Under the pieces are notes generated by a model that saw only the letters and a list, made by a program, of their open reading frames with translations, was not told the DNA's origin and searched no databases. Positions 26,101 to 35,185 of a DNA stretch of 64,000 nt are shown piece by piece. The first letter of the stretch is position 1, and each line of letters starts with the position of its first letter. Source of the DNA: an uncultured Rikenellaceae bacterium (lineage in GTDB: Bacteria > Bacteroidota > Bacteroidia > Bacteroidales > VadinHA17); assembly GCA_964429295.1 (NCBI GenBank), contig CAYSBL010000012.1:1646-65645 (forward strand), read 5' to 3'. A program made the position numbers and the translations under genes.

Positions 26101-26219
26101 TAGGCAGCCGAGGAACCGTAGTCATTTTCAATGAAAGTGGCAGCCGCCATCGAGGCAGCGCTTACAACAAACAACATCCCCATGAAAAACGGGGAAACAA
26201 GGAATTTCAGGATTCTCAC
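23145..26219 (-). CDS. cytochrome c biogenesis protein, fused ResB(CcsB)-CcsA (System II CcsBA)
   Basis: 1024 aa with a GTG start. The N-terminal ResB-like region has a large periplasmic domain. The C-terminal CcsA part carries the tryptophan-rich WWD motif WGRYWGWDPKETW. Confidence 0.88.
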   Translation of the reverse strand: MRILKFLVSPFFMGMLFVVSAASMAAATFIENDYGSSAAYNFVYDTRWFELILFLLALNLAGQVIEYKLYRKQKLTILLFHLSFILILSGAAITRYAGWEGSIHIREGEEQDKCYSADRYIGYKLKDASGTILNQSSSKYYMSMKSAGNFSRKIREGGADFEITLARIVVNAAEVVDKGMTGAGAIISFVAADSLARQTYILREGESVKIGEISVGFHSDDPADVSITYDSSLFYLTSTRPFVREGMMAGESVSFSKGGTARFEAMKIFRISDVSIVPQQMEMSGDTRIISADMENMETGRNAFIFNILAGGRPAGEIVLWDSQNQPFSSGSAVVDDRIIEITYGSHEITLPFSLRLNDFILDRYPGSNSPSGYKSDIVLIDNSAGIEKPFTIFMNNILKYNGYRFYQSSYDQDEMGTILSVNHDPAGMLVTYTGYGTLILFILLSLLNRKSVFNTVHAVFWDSAIRRKSAAALVMFAMAGSLNAWSQKLVPDKTLADEFGKVLVQDQKGRTEPLFTLSYDILRKVTRENKFRGLTPMQVFLGIYLDFDHWKDEQVIRISNRDLQKIIGITGSYASFSELVDLQTGKYKLSENVEEAYSKSAAARTKTDKEVMKVDERVNIIYMIYTGGFTRIFPLHDGTTNWGSPDDALKTAISRDDSVFIANVIPVLSDALRSGNASIARQITGSVREYQSRFTAYELPSPTRIRAESLYYRTLIFERLFPFYLATGILLLAVLILMVIKGKRSPHFIAGILGWILFTGFLFHTLGLGLRWYISDHSPLSNGYESMIFISWVTLLAGFFFRSRSPFALSATAVLSGLTLLVAHMSFMDPEITNLVPVLQSYWLTLHVSVITASYGFLGLSAILAVIAMILLTLSGAKSLESISSTIDDLTVINYKSLTVGLYMLTIGTFLGAVWANESWGRYWGWDPKETWSLITIIIYSFVIHARMIPGMKDIYTFNLLSMFAFSSVLMTYFGVNYYLTGLHSYAGGDPVPVPLFVYAAVAALVSLAVMARVKYRKWEKKV

Positions 26220-26292
26220 GCGACAGAATTATTTCTTAACGGATTAAAGACTTTGTGCCTTTAGCTGCCGGACCGCTAAATTATGAAATGTT

Positions 26293-28071
26293 TCAGAATT
26301 TATAAGAATTATCCTCAATCAGCTTGTCGGCTATCCTTCTCCTGGCATCTTTCGTATTTACATAGCAGACGCGCGTAAGTTCTTCGGCTGCCTTTGCAAG
26401 CGAAGGCAACATTTCAGGCGAAGCGAACGAACAGGCTGCATCCATGACTTCCTTCCTGACAAGACATGCGGTTTCCCATATGTTTACATCCAGCATGTCC
26501 CTGTAAACGGGAATCTCTCCCCTCAGGTTCTCAAGCTTCTCAATCCTGAGAGCAAGCGACTCCGAAAGGTAGGTTTCCATCATCATATTTGCAATGTTGT
26601 TCATAACCTCCTGCTCATGAACGAGACCTTTGGCAAACTGTTTCACCGAGCCGTGAATGCATATAAGTGTAAGTTTTTTGAAGTTATCCAGATATCTTTT
26701 TTTCTCACTGTGATAAGTTTCACCGGCAGTCCGGCCGTCTTTAAGGCTCTCAATTTCAGCAAAAAGTTTTTCTGCTTCCCCGAAGAGGTCAAAATCTCCC
26801 TTCATAGCCCTTTTCATGGCAGTATCGGACACAAGCAGCCTGTTGATCTCGTTTGTGCCTTCGAATATCCTGTTAATGCGTGAATCCCTGTAGGCCCTTT
26901 CGACATCCATTTCGGCCGAATATCCCATACCTCCATGTATCTGAACAGCTTCGTCAACCACGAAGTCGAGCATTTCCGAACCGGCCACCTTCAGTATTGC
27001 AGCCTCAACAGCATAGTGACTTATGGCATCTATGGCAGCCCTTCCCTTGTCGCCGCATTCCGACTTGTAACGGTTCATCAGATCGTCAATATCCCTGCTG
27101 ACACGATATACAGCTGATTCAGAAGCATAAAGCCTGATAACCTGCTCTGCCAGCTTGTGTTTGACTGCCCCGAAAGAAGATATCAGCACACCGAACTGCT
27201 TGCGTTCATTTGCATATTTGACGGAGTCATTTATTGCTTTTTTGGCGGCACCGAGTACGTTGGCTCCCAGTTTTATCCTGCCCATATGGAGAATGCTGAG
27301 TGCTATTCTGAATCCTTCTCCCCTTTTACCGAGCAGATTTTCTACAGGCACCTTTACATCGTTGAAATAAATCTGGGCAGTTGATGAGCCCTTTATACCC
27401 ATTTTGTGTTCATCGGGGCCAATCACCACTCCCGGATAAGCAGATTCAATAATAAAAGCGCTAAGGACTCTGTCGTTGTCGATCTTGGCGAACACGACCA
27501 GGGTGTCGGCAAAGCCCGCATTGGTAATCCACATTTTCTGTCCGTTGATAATATAGTGCTTTCCGTCGTCCGACAGTTTTGCGCTTGTCTTGCCGGCGTT
27601 GGCGTCGCTGCCAGCACCTGGTTCGGTAAGGCAGTAGGCTCCTATCAGTTCGCCTGAAGCCAGCTTCGTGACATAGCGTTGGCGCTGATCCTCGGTCCCG
27701 TAATACATTACCGGAAGGGTTCCGATTCCGCAGTGGGCCATGAAAGCGACGGAAAAGGATGCTCCGGCGCCCGTTGTTTCGGCCACAAGCATCTGTGTGA
27801 TGAAGTCCTGTCCGAATCCGCCGTATTCTTCCGGGACAGAGATTCCCATCATGCCAAGCTCACCCGATTTTTTCAGAATGGTTTTCATGAGCTCCCTGTC
27901 GCATTTTTCAAGGTCGGTCATTCTGGGCGTAACCTCGGTTTGGAGAAAATCACTGCAGGTCTGGGCAATCATCTTCTGTTCCTCTGAAAACTCCTCAGGA
28001 ATAAAGACATCTGCCGCCTCAGTTGAGCTTACAAGGAATTCACCGCTCTTCAAAAGTTTTCTGCTTTCCAT
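26293..28071 (-). CDS. acyl-CoA dehydrogenase (long form with C-terminal extension)
   Basis: 592 aa. Has GAYCLTEPGAGSD, QKMWITNAG and IHGGMGYSAEMDVERAYRDSRINRIFEGTNEINR. Lies in a cluster with etfAB. Confidence 0.92.
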   Translation of the reverse strand: MESRKLLKSGEFLVSSTEAADVFIPEEFSEEQKMIAQTCSDFLQTEVTPRMTDLEKCDRELMKTILKKSGELGMMGISVPEEYGGFGQDFITQMLVAETTGAGASFSVAFMAHCGIGTLPVMYYGTEDQRQRYVTKLASGELIGAYCLTEPGAGSDANAGKTSAKLSDDGKHYIINGQKMWITNAGFADTLVVFAKIDNDRVLSAFIIESAYPGVVIGPDEHKMGIKGSSTAQIYFNDVKVPVENLLGKRGEGFRIALSILHMGRIKLGANVLGAAKKAINDSVKYANERKQFGVLISSFGAVKHKLAEQVIRLYASESAVYRVSRDIDDLMNRYKSECGDKGRAAIDAISHYAVEAAILKVAGSEMLDFVVDEAVQIHGGMGYSAEMDVERAYRDSRINRIFEGTNEINRLLVSDTAMKRAMKGDFDLFGEAEKLFAEIESLKDGRTAGETYHSEKKRYLDNFKKLTLICIHGSVKQFAKGLVHEQEVMNNIANMMMETYLSESLALRIEKLENLRGEIPVYRDMLDVNIWETACLVRKEVMDAACSFASPEMLPSLAKAAEELTRVCYVNTKDARRRIADKLIEDNSYKF

Positions 28072-28134
28072 ATTATATGCTTTAAAAAAATTTCGTCAAT
28101 ATCTATTTTCCACGGAGTAAGAATAAACATCCGG

Positions 28135-30216
28135 TCAGGATTCCATCGCTTCAGCAACAAGCTCCGCAATATCGAGGTTCCGGACATTCTCCTCCCTGTT
28201 CTTATATTTAAGTCCGTCGGTGATCATAGTCATACAGAACGGACAGGCTGTTGTTATAATGTCAGCGCCTGTTTCAAGTGCCTCCTCGGTTCGCTCGATG
28301 AAAATTTCCTTATCCCCTTTTTCTGCTTCCTTGAACATCTGTCCGCCTCCAGCCCCGCAGCATAATGCAAAGCTTTTGTTTCTTTTCATCTCGATGACAT
28401 CCGCCGACATCGCTTTCACTATTTCCCTGGGTTCGTTATAAATGCCATTGGCTCTCCCAAGGTAGCAGGGATCGTGGAATGTTATCCTTGTATCCTTTAT
28501 TTTTTCTCTGTTCAGTCTGAGTTTGCCCCCGGAAACAGAACTATCAATGAACTGGAGGTAACTGCTTACTTCATAATTCCCTCCAAGGTCGGGATATTCG
28601 TTCCTGAAAGTATTGAAGCAGTGGGGGCATGTGGTTATGATCTTTTTCACTTCATAGTTCTTCAGCGTCTCTATCACCTGCATCGCCTGCATCTGGAAGA
28701 GCATCTCATTGCCAGCCCTGCGGGCAGGGTCGCCTGTGCAGGTCTCTTCCTTTCCAAGGACGGCATAGCTGACATTCATCCGGTTGAGAATTCCCGCAAA
28801 AGCCCTGACCACTTTTTTATACCTGTCGTCATATGCTCCTGCGCACCCGACCCAGAAAAGGTATTCAGTCTTCGTTCCGGCAGGCAGTTCGGCAAAAACA
28901 GGAATTTCAAAATCAAGGTTCCTTGCCCAGTTAAGCCTGTCTTCGGCAGAATACTGCCATGGAGCACCGTTGTTTTCTATATTGCTGAAAACACTTTTCA
29001 GCTCACCTGGAACTGCACCCTCTTCGAGGACCAGATAACGCCGCATATCGACTATCAGTGAGGGCTGGTTTATGTTTACCGGGCACTCCTGCACACAGGC
29101 GTTGCATGTAGTGCATGCCCAGAGTTCTTCTTCGGATACATAATCCCTTACAAGCGAGCTGTTGTCGGTGTAGTCTCTGCCGTTCTTCACCAGAAGGGGA
29201 CCAATTTCCTTCATCCTTGCCCGCAGGTTCATCATTACCTTTCTTGGCGAAAGCTTTTTGCCCGTAAGGTTTGCAGGACATACCGAGGTGCATCTTCCGC
29301 ATTCTGTGCATGACAGGGAATCAAAATAATTCTTCCAGGTTACATCTCCCGCGTCTTTCACACCGAATCGGTCAGGAGTGGCACCGGCCGGCGCCTGGGA
29401 AAAGGCAGTGTCGGGATTGAGCATAAGCCTGACCTCTTTGGTTATACTGTCCATATTGTCGAGTTTTCCGGGAGGGTCAAGCCTGGAAAGGAAAACATTT
29501 GGCACCGACATGAATACATGAAAATGCTTCGAATACGGGAGATAGTTGGCAAAGAAGAAAATGGTCAGAATATGCACCCACCAGCTTACCTCGTAGAGTG
29601 AATGAAAGCCGGATGCCAAGAAAGAGGGAAAAAGACGGGTAACGAAACTGCTCACCGGGTAGCTTCCATGTATTTCAGCTCCCGACAGTCGCTGCAGTCC
29701 CAGATAACCTGTATTCATCAGGATTAGCGAGACCATCAGCAGAAGAATGAGCGAAAGTGACACGATAGCGTCGATATGTGATTTAGGCTTCATTTCCGCT
29801 CCGGTGAACCTTTTAACATGAAGAAGGCTACGGCGGATTGTGAAGATGATTATGGAAATGCCCACCAGCAGTGCGAAAATATCTCCTGCAGCCATAAGCA
29901 CATCATAGACAGGACCCAGAAATCTCAATGATTTTTCGGCTCCGGAAACTCCGTCTATTACCATTTCAATACTTCCGAAGATGATTATGCAGAATCCCCA
30001 GAAAACCAGGGCATGAAGGAATCCCACAACGGGACGTCTGAAAATCTTTGACTGTCCAAAAGCCACTTTCAGCAGCAGATTCAGCCTCTTTCCCAAATCC
30101 CTGACCGGGAATGCAGGCTTTGTAAGCCTGAAGAGTCTTATCAGCCGGTTTACAGTGTACCCGAAAACTGCAACCGTAAAAACAAGGATAACGATAAAAA
30201 TCAATTGCTTAAGCAT
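28135..30216 (-). CDS. membrane-anchored (Fe-S)-binding oxidoreductase (N-terminal polytopic domain + 2x[4Fe-4S] + two CCG cysteine-rich domains)
   Basis: 693 aa with about 6 N-terminal TM helices. Has CTECGRCTSVCP and CTTCNACVQECP ferredoxin motifs, plus CPHCFNTF and CCGAGGG CCG-type motifs. Lies directly between the ACAD and etfA genes. Confidence 0.85.
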   Translation of the reverse strand: MLKQLIFIVILVFTVAVFGYTVNRLIRLFRLTKPAFPVRDLGKRLNLLLKVAFGQSKIFRRPVVGFLHALVFWGFCIIIFGSIEMVIDGVSGAEKSLRFLGPVYDVLMAAGDIFALLVGISIIIFTIRRSLLHVKRFTGAEMKPKSHIDAIVSLSLILLLMVSLILMNTGYLGLQRLSGAEIHGSYPVSSFVTRLFPSFLASGFHSLYEVSWWVHILTIFFFANYLPYSKHFHVFMSVPNVFLSRLDPPGKLDNMDSITKEVRLMLNPDTAFSQAPAGATPDRFGVKDAGDVTWKNYFDSLSCTECGRCTSVCPANLTGKKLSPRKVMMNLRARMKEIGPLLVKNGRDYTDNSSLVRDYVSEEELWACTTCNACVQECPVNINQPSLIVDMRRYLVLEEGAVPGELKSVFSNIENNGAPWQYSAEDRLNWARNLDFEIPVFAELPAGTKTEYLFWVGCAGAYDDRYKKVVRAFAGILNRMNVSYAVLGKEETCTGDPARRAGNEMLFQMQAMQVIETLKNYEVKKIITTCPHCFNTFRNEYPDLGGNYEVSSYLQFIDSSVSGGKLRLNREKIKDTRITFHDPCYLGRANGIYNEPREIVKAMSADVIEMKRNKSFALCCGAGGGQMFKEAEKGDKEIFIERTEEALETGADIITTACPFCMTMITDGLKYKNREENVRNLDIAELVAEAMES

Positions 30217-30305
30217 ATTAAAGATAGACTAGTGGCTTTTTGTCTTTTTGCAACAAAGGCACTAAGCCGCGAAGATCTTACATCTCAGCACCTTTGTGGT
30301 AAATC

Positions 30306-31274
30306 TTATTTTTTTATATTCTTCACTGCTTCCACAAGTTTCGGAAGGACTTTCATTGCGTCGCCGACAATTCCATACTGGGCAGATTCGAAAATAGGCG
30401 CATCCTTGTCGCTGTTTATTGCAACGATGAATTTTGAAGAACTCACTCCGGCAAGGTGCTGAGTAGCTCCTGATATCCCTACTGCTATGTAAAGGTTTGG
30501 AGCTATAATTTTCCCGGTCTGGCCTGTATGCTCTTCATGAGGTCTCCATCCCTCATCCGATACCGGCCTTGAACAGGCTGTTGCTCCGTTGAGGAGGGAT
30601 GCCAGTTCAACAAGGGGTGCCCAGTTATCCGGAGATTTCATCCCCCGGCCTCCTGAAACAACAATCTCGGCATCAGTGAGCAACATTTTTCCTGTCTGTT
30701 TCTGTGTTGCAGTGATGGTTGTTGCTGCAAGCGACTGGTCCATTTCCACTTCGATAGTTTCCGGGATGGCACCTGTAGGTCTTTCCAGCGTTTCATATGA
30801 GTTCTGGGCCAGGGTGAGTATTTTTATTTCTGACCTGATAACAACTTTGGCAAAAGCGTTTCCGGAGTAGGCTCTTTTGTAAACCGTGAAAGGTCCGGTG
30901 CTTTCAGGAAGCCGGCTGACTCCCGAGCCGATACCGGCCTTTAGCCGTACCGAAACCCTTGGTGCCAGTGCTTTTCCGGTCATATTGTTTGAGAAAACTA
31001 TGACTCTGGAATCCTCTTTTTCAGCAAGATCGGCAATGACCTTTGCCCAGGCGCGGTTGTCCATTACTTCAAGGGCAGGGCTTACAAGGCTGAGTATCCT
31101 GCCGGCGCCGTACCGGCCCAGTTCCTTCAGGTCTTCATCACCGGCCCTGCCGATGGTGAAGGCTGTTACCTTCATATTCATCATACCGGCAATGGATGAT
31201 GCGTAGGAAACCAGCTCATAGGACAGCTTTTTGAATTTGCCGTCCCAGTTTTCAGTAAATACGAGAACTGACAT
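30306..31274 (-). CDS. etfA: electron transfer flavoprotein subunit alpha
   Basis: 322 aa. FAD-binding C-terminal domain with IAVGISGATQHLAGV. Confidence 0.93.
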   Translation of the reverse strand: MSVLVFTENWDGKFKKLSYELVSYASSIAGMMNMKVTAFTIGRAGDEDLKELGRYGAGRILSLVSPALEVMDNRAWAKVIADLAEKEDSRVIVFSNNMTGKALAPRVSVRLKAGIGSGVSRLPESTGPFTVYKRAYSGNAFAKVVIRSEIKILTLAQNSYETLERPTGAIPETIEVEMDQSLAATTITATQKQTGKMLLTDAEIVVSGGRGMKSPDNWAPLVELASLLNGATACSRPVSDEGWRPHEEHTGQTGKIIAPNLYIAVGISGATQHLAGVSSSKFIVAINSDKDAPIFESAQYGIVGDAMKVLPKLVEAVKNIKK

Positions 31275-31299
31275 AATATTTGATTTTCAATAATTTCAC

Positions 31300-32049
31300 T
31301 TAAATAACCTTAGCCTCGTTCTGAAGCAGTTCAACAAGTTGTGCAGGATCGTCCGGATCGACATATTTGCAGGCGGCCCTCGGCGCCGGTTTTTCAAATC
31401 CGGCGATCTCCGTAAGACAATCAGTATCAACAGGTTCATGGACCTTTACAGATTTGGTCCTGGCTGCCATTATCCCCCTCATGGATGCAATCCTGGGTTC
31501 CCTGGCGATGCCTTTCTGGACAATTGCTACAAAGGGAACAGGCACACTTACGCTTTCCCTGCCGCCGTCGATCTCGCGGGTAAGTACGGGAGCTCCGTTT
31601 TCAATACTCAGGCCGGAAACTGATGACACAGAAGGAATCCCGAGGAACTCGGAGATCATTCCACCGACGGATGAACCATTGAAATCGCTCGATTCAATTC
31701 CGCAAATAATTATGTCGAAACCTTCCTTTCCTATTGCAGCTGCAAGCTGAGAAGCCGTATAATAAGCATCGAAAGGATTGCAGTTGACACGTACGGCATC
31801 ATCGGCGCCTATCGCAAGTGCCTTCCGGATTGTCGGTTCTGAAGCGGCCGGGCCCGCATGAACCACAGTTACCGTCTTTACTCCGCTTGAAGGATCATCC
31901 CTGAGTTCAAGAGCCCTTGTAAGAGATAATTCATCCCATGGATTAATAACCCACTGAATTCCCGAAGCATCAATCGAGGCATTCCCTTCCAGGAATTTTA
32001 TCCTGGTTGTGGTATCAGGAACATTGCTGATACAGACCGCTATCTTCAT
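31300..32049 (-). CDS. etfB: electron transfer flavoprotein subunit beta
   Basis: 249 aa. MKIAVCISNVPDTTTRIKF ... NPWDELSLTRALELRD is typical of EtfB. Sits upstream of etfA. Confidence 0.93.
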   Translation of the reverse strand: MKIAVCISNVPDTTTRIKFLEGNASIDASGIQWVINPWDELSLTRALELRDDPSSGVKTVTVVHAGPAASEPTIRKALAIGADDAVRVNCNPFDAYYTASQLAAAIGKEGFDIIICGIESSDFNGSSVGGMISEFLGIPSVSSVSGLSIENGAPVLTREIDGGRESVSVPVPFVAIVQKGIAREPRIASMRGIMAARTKSVKVHEPVDTDCLTEIAGFEKPAPRAACKYVDPDDPAQLVELLQNEAKVI

Positions 32050-32093
32050 CCTAAAGAATTTTTAATGAATGGATTTTTCTGTCTTAAAGGCGT

Positions 32094-32101
32094 CAAATAT
32101 A
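32094..32101 (-). promoter_or_regulatory. candidate -7 box for the etfB-etfA-FeS-ACAD unit
   Basis: The reverse strand reads TATATTTG, an exact TAnnTTTG match, about 45 nt upstream of the etfB ATG. Confidence 0.35.
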
Positions 32102-32285
32102 ATAATTATAGCTTCAAGTGCAAATCGGGATAAATACAATTTTAAAGCTGTTCGAAAGTGTTATATTACATAACAATTTGTTTTACAGGTATTTTATACG
32201 CTGCAAACCCGACAAGGCAATGCAACGGTCGAAAGATTGTCACAAACCCGGATCAAATGTAAATTTCTTTCAGGATTGACAACCT

Positions 32286-33263
32286 ATGATTATTAAGATT
32301 AAATTCGCACGCCATAAACCATTAAATGTACAGGACAAATTGAAAAGCAGGATAAGGATATACGGAGCTATTTTCCTGGCAATGATCTTCTGGGCTTTTT
32401 CCTTTGTATGGTTCAAGGTGGCCAACGAAAAGTTCCTGCCAATCACCATTGTTTTTTTCAGACTGATCATCGCGGTAATAATACTCACCACGTATCTGGC
32501 TGTCAAAAAGAAATTTGTAAAAATCCGGAAAGAGGACAGGAAGCTTTTCATAATGCTGGCTCTCTTTGAACCCTTCCTTTATTTTCTTGGCGAGAGTTTC
32601 GGGCTCACTTATGTATCGGCAACAGTAGGGTCGGTTCTTATTTCAACCATTCCGGTTGTGGCAACCATCGGAGCCTGGATATTCCTGAAGGAGCGTTTAA
32701 AGCTGATAAATTATGCAGGAATAGTCCTGTCGTTCATCGGTATTCTCATCTTTGTGATAGACCGTAACGGGTCTCTTTCATACAACACCAAGGGACTGGC
32801 GCTGCTTATGCTGGCGGTTTTCTCCGCTTCAGGCTACAACCTTACCCTGAGCAGGCTGGTTGGGAATTACGGGCCTGTTTTTATTGTCAATGTTCAGAAT
32901 ACCCTGGGAGCCATCCTCTTCCTGCCGGTCTTCCTCATATTTGAAGCCGGTCATCTTGCCGGGTCGGCTATCTCCCTCAAAGATTTCATTCCCATCATTG
33001 AACTTGCCGTATTTGCATCATGCGGAGCTTTTATATTGTTTGCGTTTTCTGTAAGAAATCTGGGGATAACCAGGGCGAATGTCTTTACAAATTTCATCCC
33101 CATTTTTACAGCCTTCTTTTCTTTTCTTATCCTGGGCGACAGGCTTACTATCCAGAATATTGCCGGGATGATGGTTGTAATAGCCGGGCTTATCATGTCG
33201 CAGATGAACGGCCGTCCGAAAAAGACTGACGATGCGCTTATACTGACCGGAAAGACGGCCTGA
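32286..33263 (+). CDS. DMT superfamily transporter (two EamA domains)
   Basis: 325 aa with 10 predicted TM helices in two repeated halves (FWAFSFVWFKV..., IAGMMVVIAGLIMSQ). Confidence 0.85.
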   Translation: MIIKIKFARHKPLNVQDKLKSRIRIYGAIFLAMIFWAFSFVWFKVANEKFLPITIVFFRLIIAVIILTTYLAVKKKFVKIRKEDRKLFIMLALFEPFLYFLGESFGLTYVSATVGSVLISTIPVVATIGAWIFLKERLKLINYAGIVLSFIGILIFVIDRNGSLSYNTKGLALLMLAVFSASGYNLTLSRLVGNYGPVFIVNVQNTLGAILFLPVFLIFEAGHLAGSAISLKDFIPIIELAVFASCGAFILFAFSVRNLGITRANVFTNFIPIFTAFFSFLILGDRLTIQNIAGMMVVIAGLIMSQMNGRPKKTDDALILTGKTA

Positions 33264-33304
33264 GATTCGTAACAAAATCCCAGATTTACTACATTTAGCC
33301 TGAA

Positions 33305-34333
33305 ATGGCAAAACTGATTTGCATCATATCGCTGCTGTTGCTTTTGGGAGCAGGGGGGATATCCCAGACGGGTGGAGACAATGTATATGAATTTCTGAAT
33401 CTCACGCAGTCTGGTCTGGAATCATCCCTTGGAGGATCAAACGTCTCGCTGACCGGGAGCAGTGTCAGCCTGGCCTGGACCAATCCTGCCCTTCTCTCAA
33501 GGAGCATGTCGGGAAATACTGCCCTGAACTTTACAAACTATCTGGCTGGTGTAAACTACGGGATGGCTCTGTATTCACACACATCGGGAAAATCTGCATC
33601 GATCGCAGGAGGAATTTCATACCTTAATTACGGATCATTTACCGAAGCAGATGAAACAGGAGTTATTACAGGGGCATTCAGCGCCTCCGAGATATCTCTC
33701 GGGCTGATTTATTCATTTCACCCCGACTCCATGTTTTCAGCAGGCATCAGCTTCAAGCCCGTTATCTCGCAGCTGGAGAGGTACAACTCCATAGGCTTTG
33801 CCTTTGATCTTGGAGCCTCGTGGCATGATCCGGAAAATTTCCTATCCGCCGGACTTGCAATTAGAAATCTCGGGCTGCAACTGACCTCCTATGCCGGAGA
33901 ACCAAAGGCGAGTCTCCCGCTTGAGGTCGTTGCAGGATTTTCAGCCAGGCTCAGGCATGCTCCTTTCAGGTTCTCTCTGACTCTGAGGCATCTGGAGAAG
34001 TTTGACCTCACTCACAACTACAACACGGTTGACGGTAACAATGAGCAGGATATCAAGGATATAACCCAAAACATCCTGCGTCATGTCGTCACCGGTGTTG
34101 AACTAATCCCTCACAGGAACTTCTGGTTGAGCATCGGGTACAACCACCAGCGGAGAAGTGAGCTTCAATCGGATCTCAAGTCATCAGGCACGGGATTTTC
34201 GTGGGGATTTGGCATCAATGCCTCGGTCGCAAGAATTGAATTCGGCAGGGCCTCTTATCACCTGGCAGGAGCATCAAACAATATTTCAGCAATCATTGTG
34301 CCCGGAAAGATGTTTAAGAAGCAGCAACATTAG
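33305..34333 (+). CDS. outer-membrane beta-barrel protein, probably type IX secretion PorQ family
   Basis: 342 aa with a signal peptide. The N-terminal GGDNVYEFLNLTQSGLESSLGG...WTNPALL resembles the PorQ signature (Y-x-F-L-x-L...ALGG...NPA). Ends in an aromatic-rich beta-strand pattern. Sits immediately upstream of cmk. Assignment is from memory of the family only. Confidence 0.5.
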   Translation: MAKLICIISLLLLLGAGGISQTGGDNVYEFLNLTQSGLESSLGGSNVSLTGSSVSLAWTNPALLSRSMSGNTALNFTNYLAGVNYGMALYSHTSGKSASIAGGISYLNYGSFTEADETGVITGAFSASEISLGLIYSFHPDSMFSAGISFKPVISQLERYNSIGFAFDLGASWHDPENFLSAGLAIRNLGLQLTSYAGEPKASLPLEVVAGFSARLRHAPFRFSLTLRHLEKFDLTHNYNTVDGNNEQDIKDITQNILRHVVTGVELIPHRNFWLSIGYNHQRRSELQSDLKSSGTGFSWGFGINASVARIEFGRASYHLAGASNNISAIIVPGKMFKKQQH

Positions 34334-34477
34334 TTTGCCGGACATTTCGGATGAGAAATTTGGTAACTTTGAATCCACAAAAAAATATCCCGGCAAACGT
34401 GGACATTATTCGAACAAACTATGAAATCTGGGAAACAGGCCTGAAGCACCCTTAAGATTTTCAAAAGCATTAAGGAA

Positions 34478-35185
34478 ATGGAAATGGAAAAAAGACTTAT
34501 AATAGCCATCGATGGATATTCATCCTGCGGGAAAAGTACTTTTGCCAGGGCAATTGCTTCAGAACTGAACTACATCTATATCGACAGCGGAGCGATGTAC
34601 AGGGCTGTGACGCTTTATTGCATCAGAAAGGGATATCTTGACAATGGAGTTCCCAGGACCGGGGATATTATAGAAGATCTGGGCGAAATACATATTTCCT
34701 TTGTTTACAATCCCGACATAGGCTCCTATGAGACTTTCCTGAACTCTGAAAACGTAGAAAGGGAAATAAGGAGCATTGAAGTTTCTTCCCATGTGAGCCG
34801 TATAAGTCAGATCCAGGAAGTCAGGGCCCGGATGGTTGAGTTGCAGCGCCAGATAGGTGTTTACAGGGGTATTGTGATGGACGGCAGGGATATAGGTACC
34901 GTTGTCTTTCCCGATGCTGACCTGAAGATATTCATGACTGCATCAGTTGATATCCGGGCTAAGAGAAGATATGACGAACTAAGGGGCAGGAACATCGATG
35001 TTGATCTGGAAGAAGTAAGAATGAACATAATCTCACGCGACATAGCCGATGAAAACAGGGATATAAGTCCCCTGAGAAGAGCGGATGATGCAATTGTGCT
35101 GGACAACAGCAGAATGACTGTTGATCAGCAGTTGGACTGGGTTATGAAAATTATCAGGCAAAAGATCAATGAGAATAGAAATTGA
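34478..35185 (+). CDS. cmk: (d)CMP kinase
   Basis: IAIDGYSSCGKSTFARAIA P-loop, YIDSGAMYRAVT and GRDIGTVVFPDA. Confidence 0.93.
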   Translation: MEMEKRLIIAIDGYSSCGKSTFARAIASELNYIYIDSGAMYRAVTLYCIRKGYLDNGVPRTGDIIEDLGEIHISFVYNPDIGSYETFLNSENVEREIRSIEVSSHVSRISQIQEVRARMVELQRQIGVYRGIVMDGRDIGTVVFPDADLKIFMTASVDIRAKRRYDELRGRNIDVDLEEVRMNIISRDIADENRDISPLRRADDAIVLDNSRMTVDQQLDWVMKIIRQKINENRN

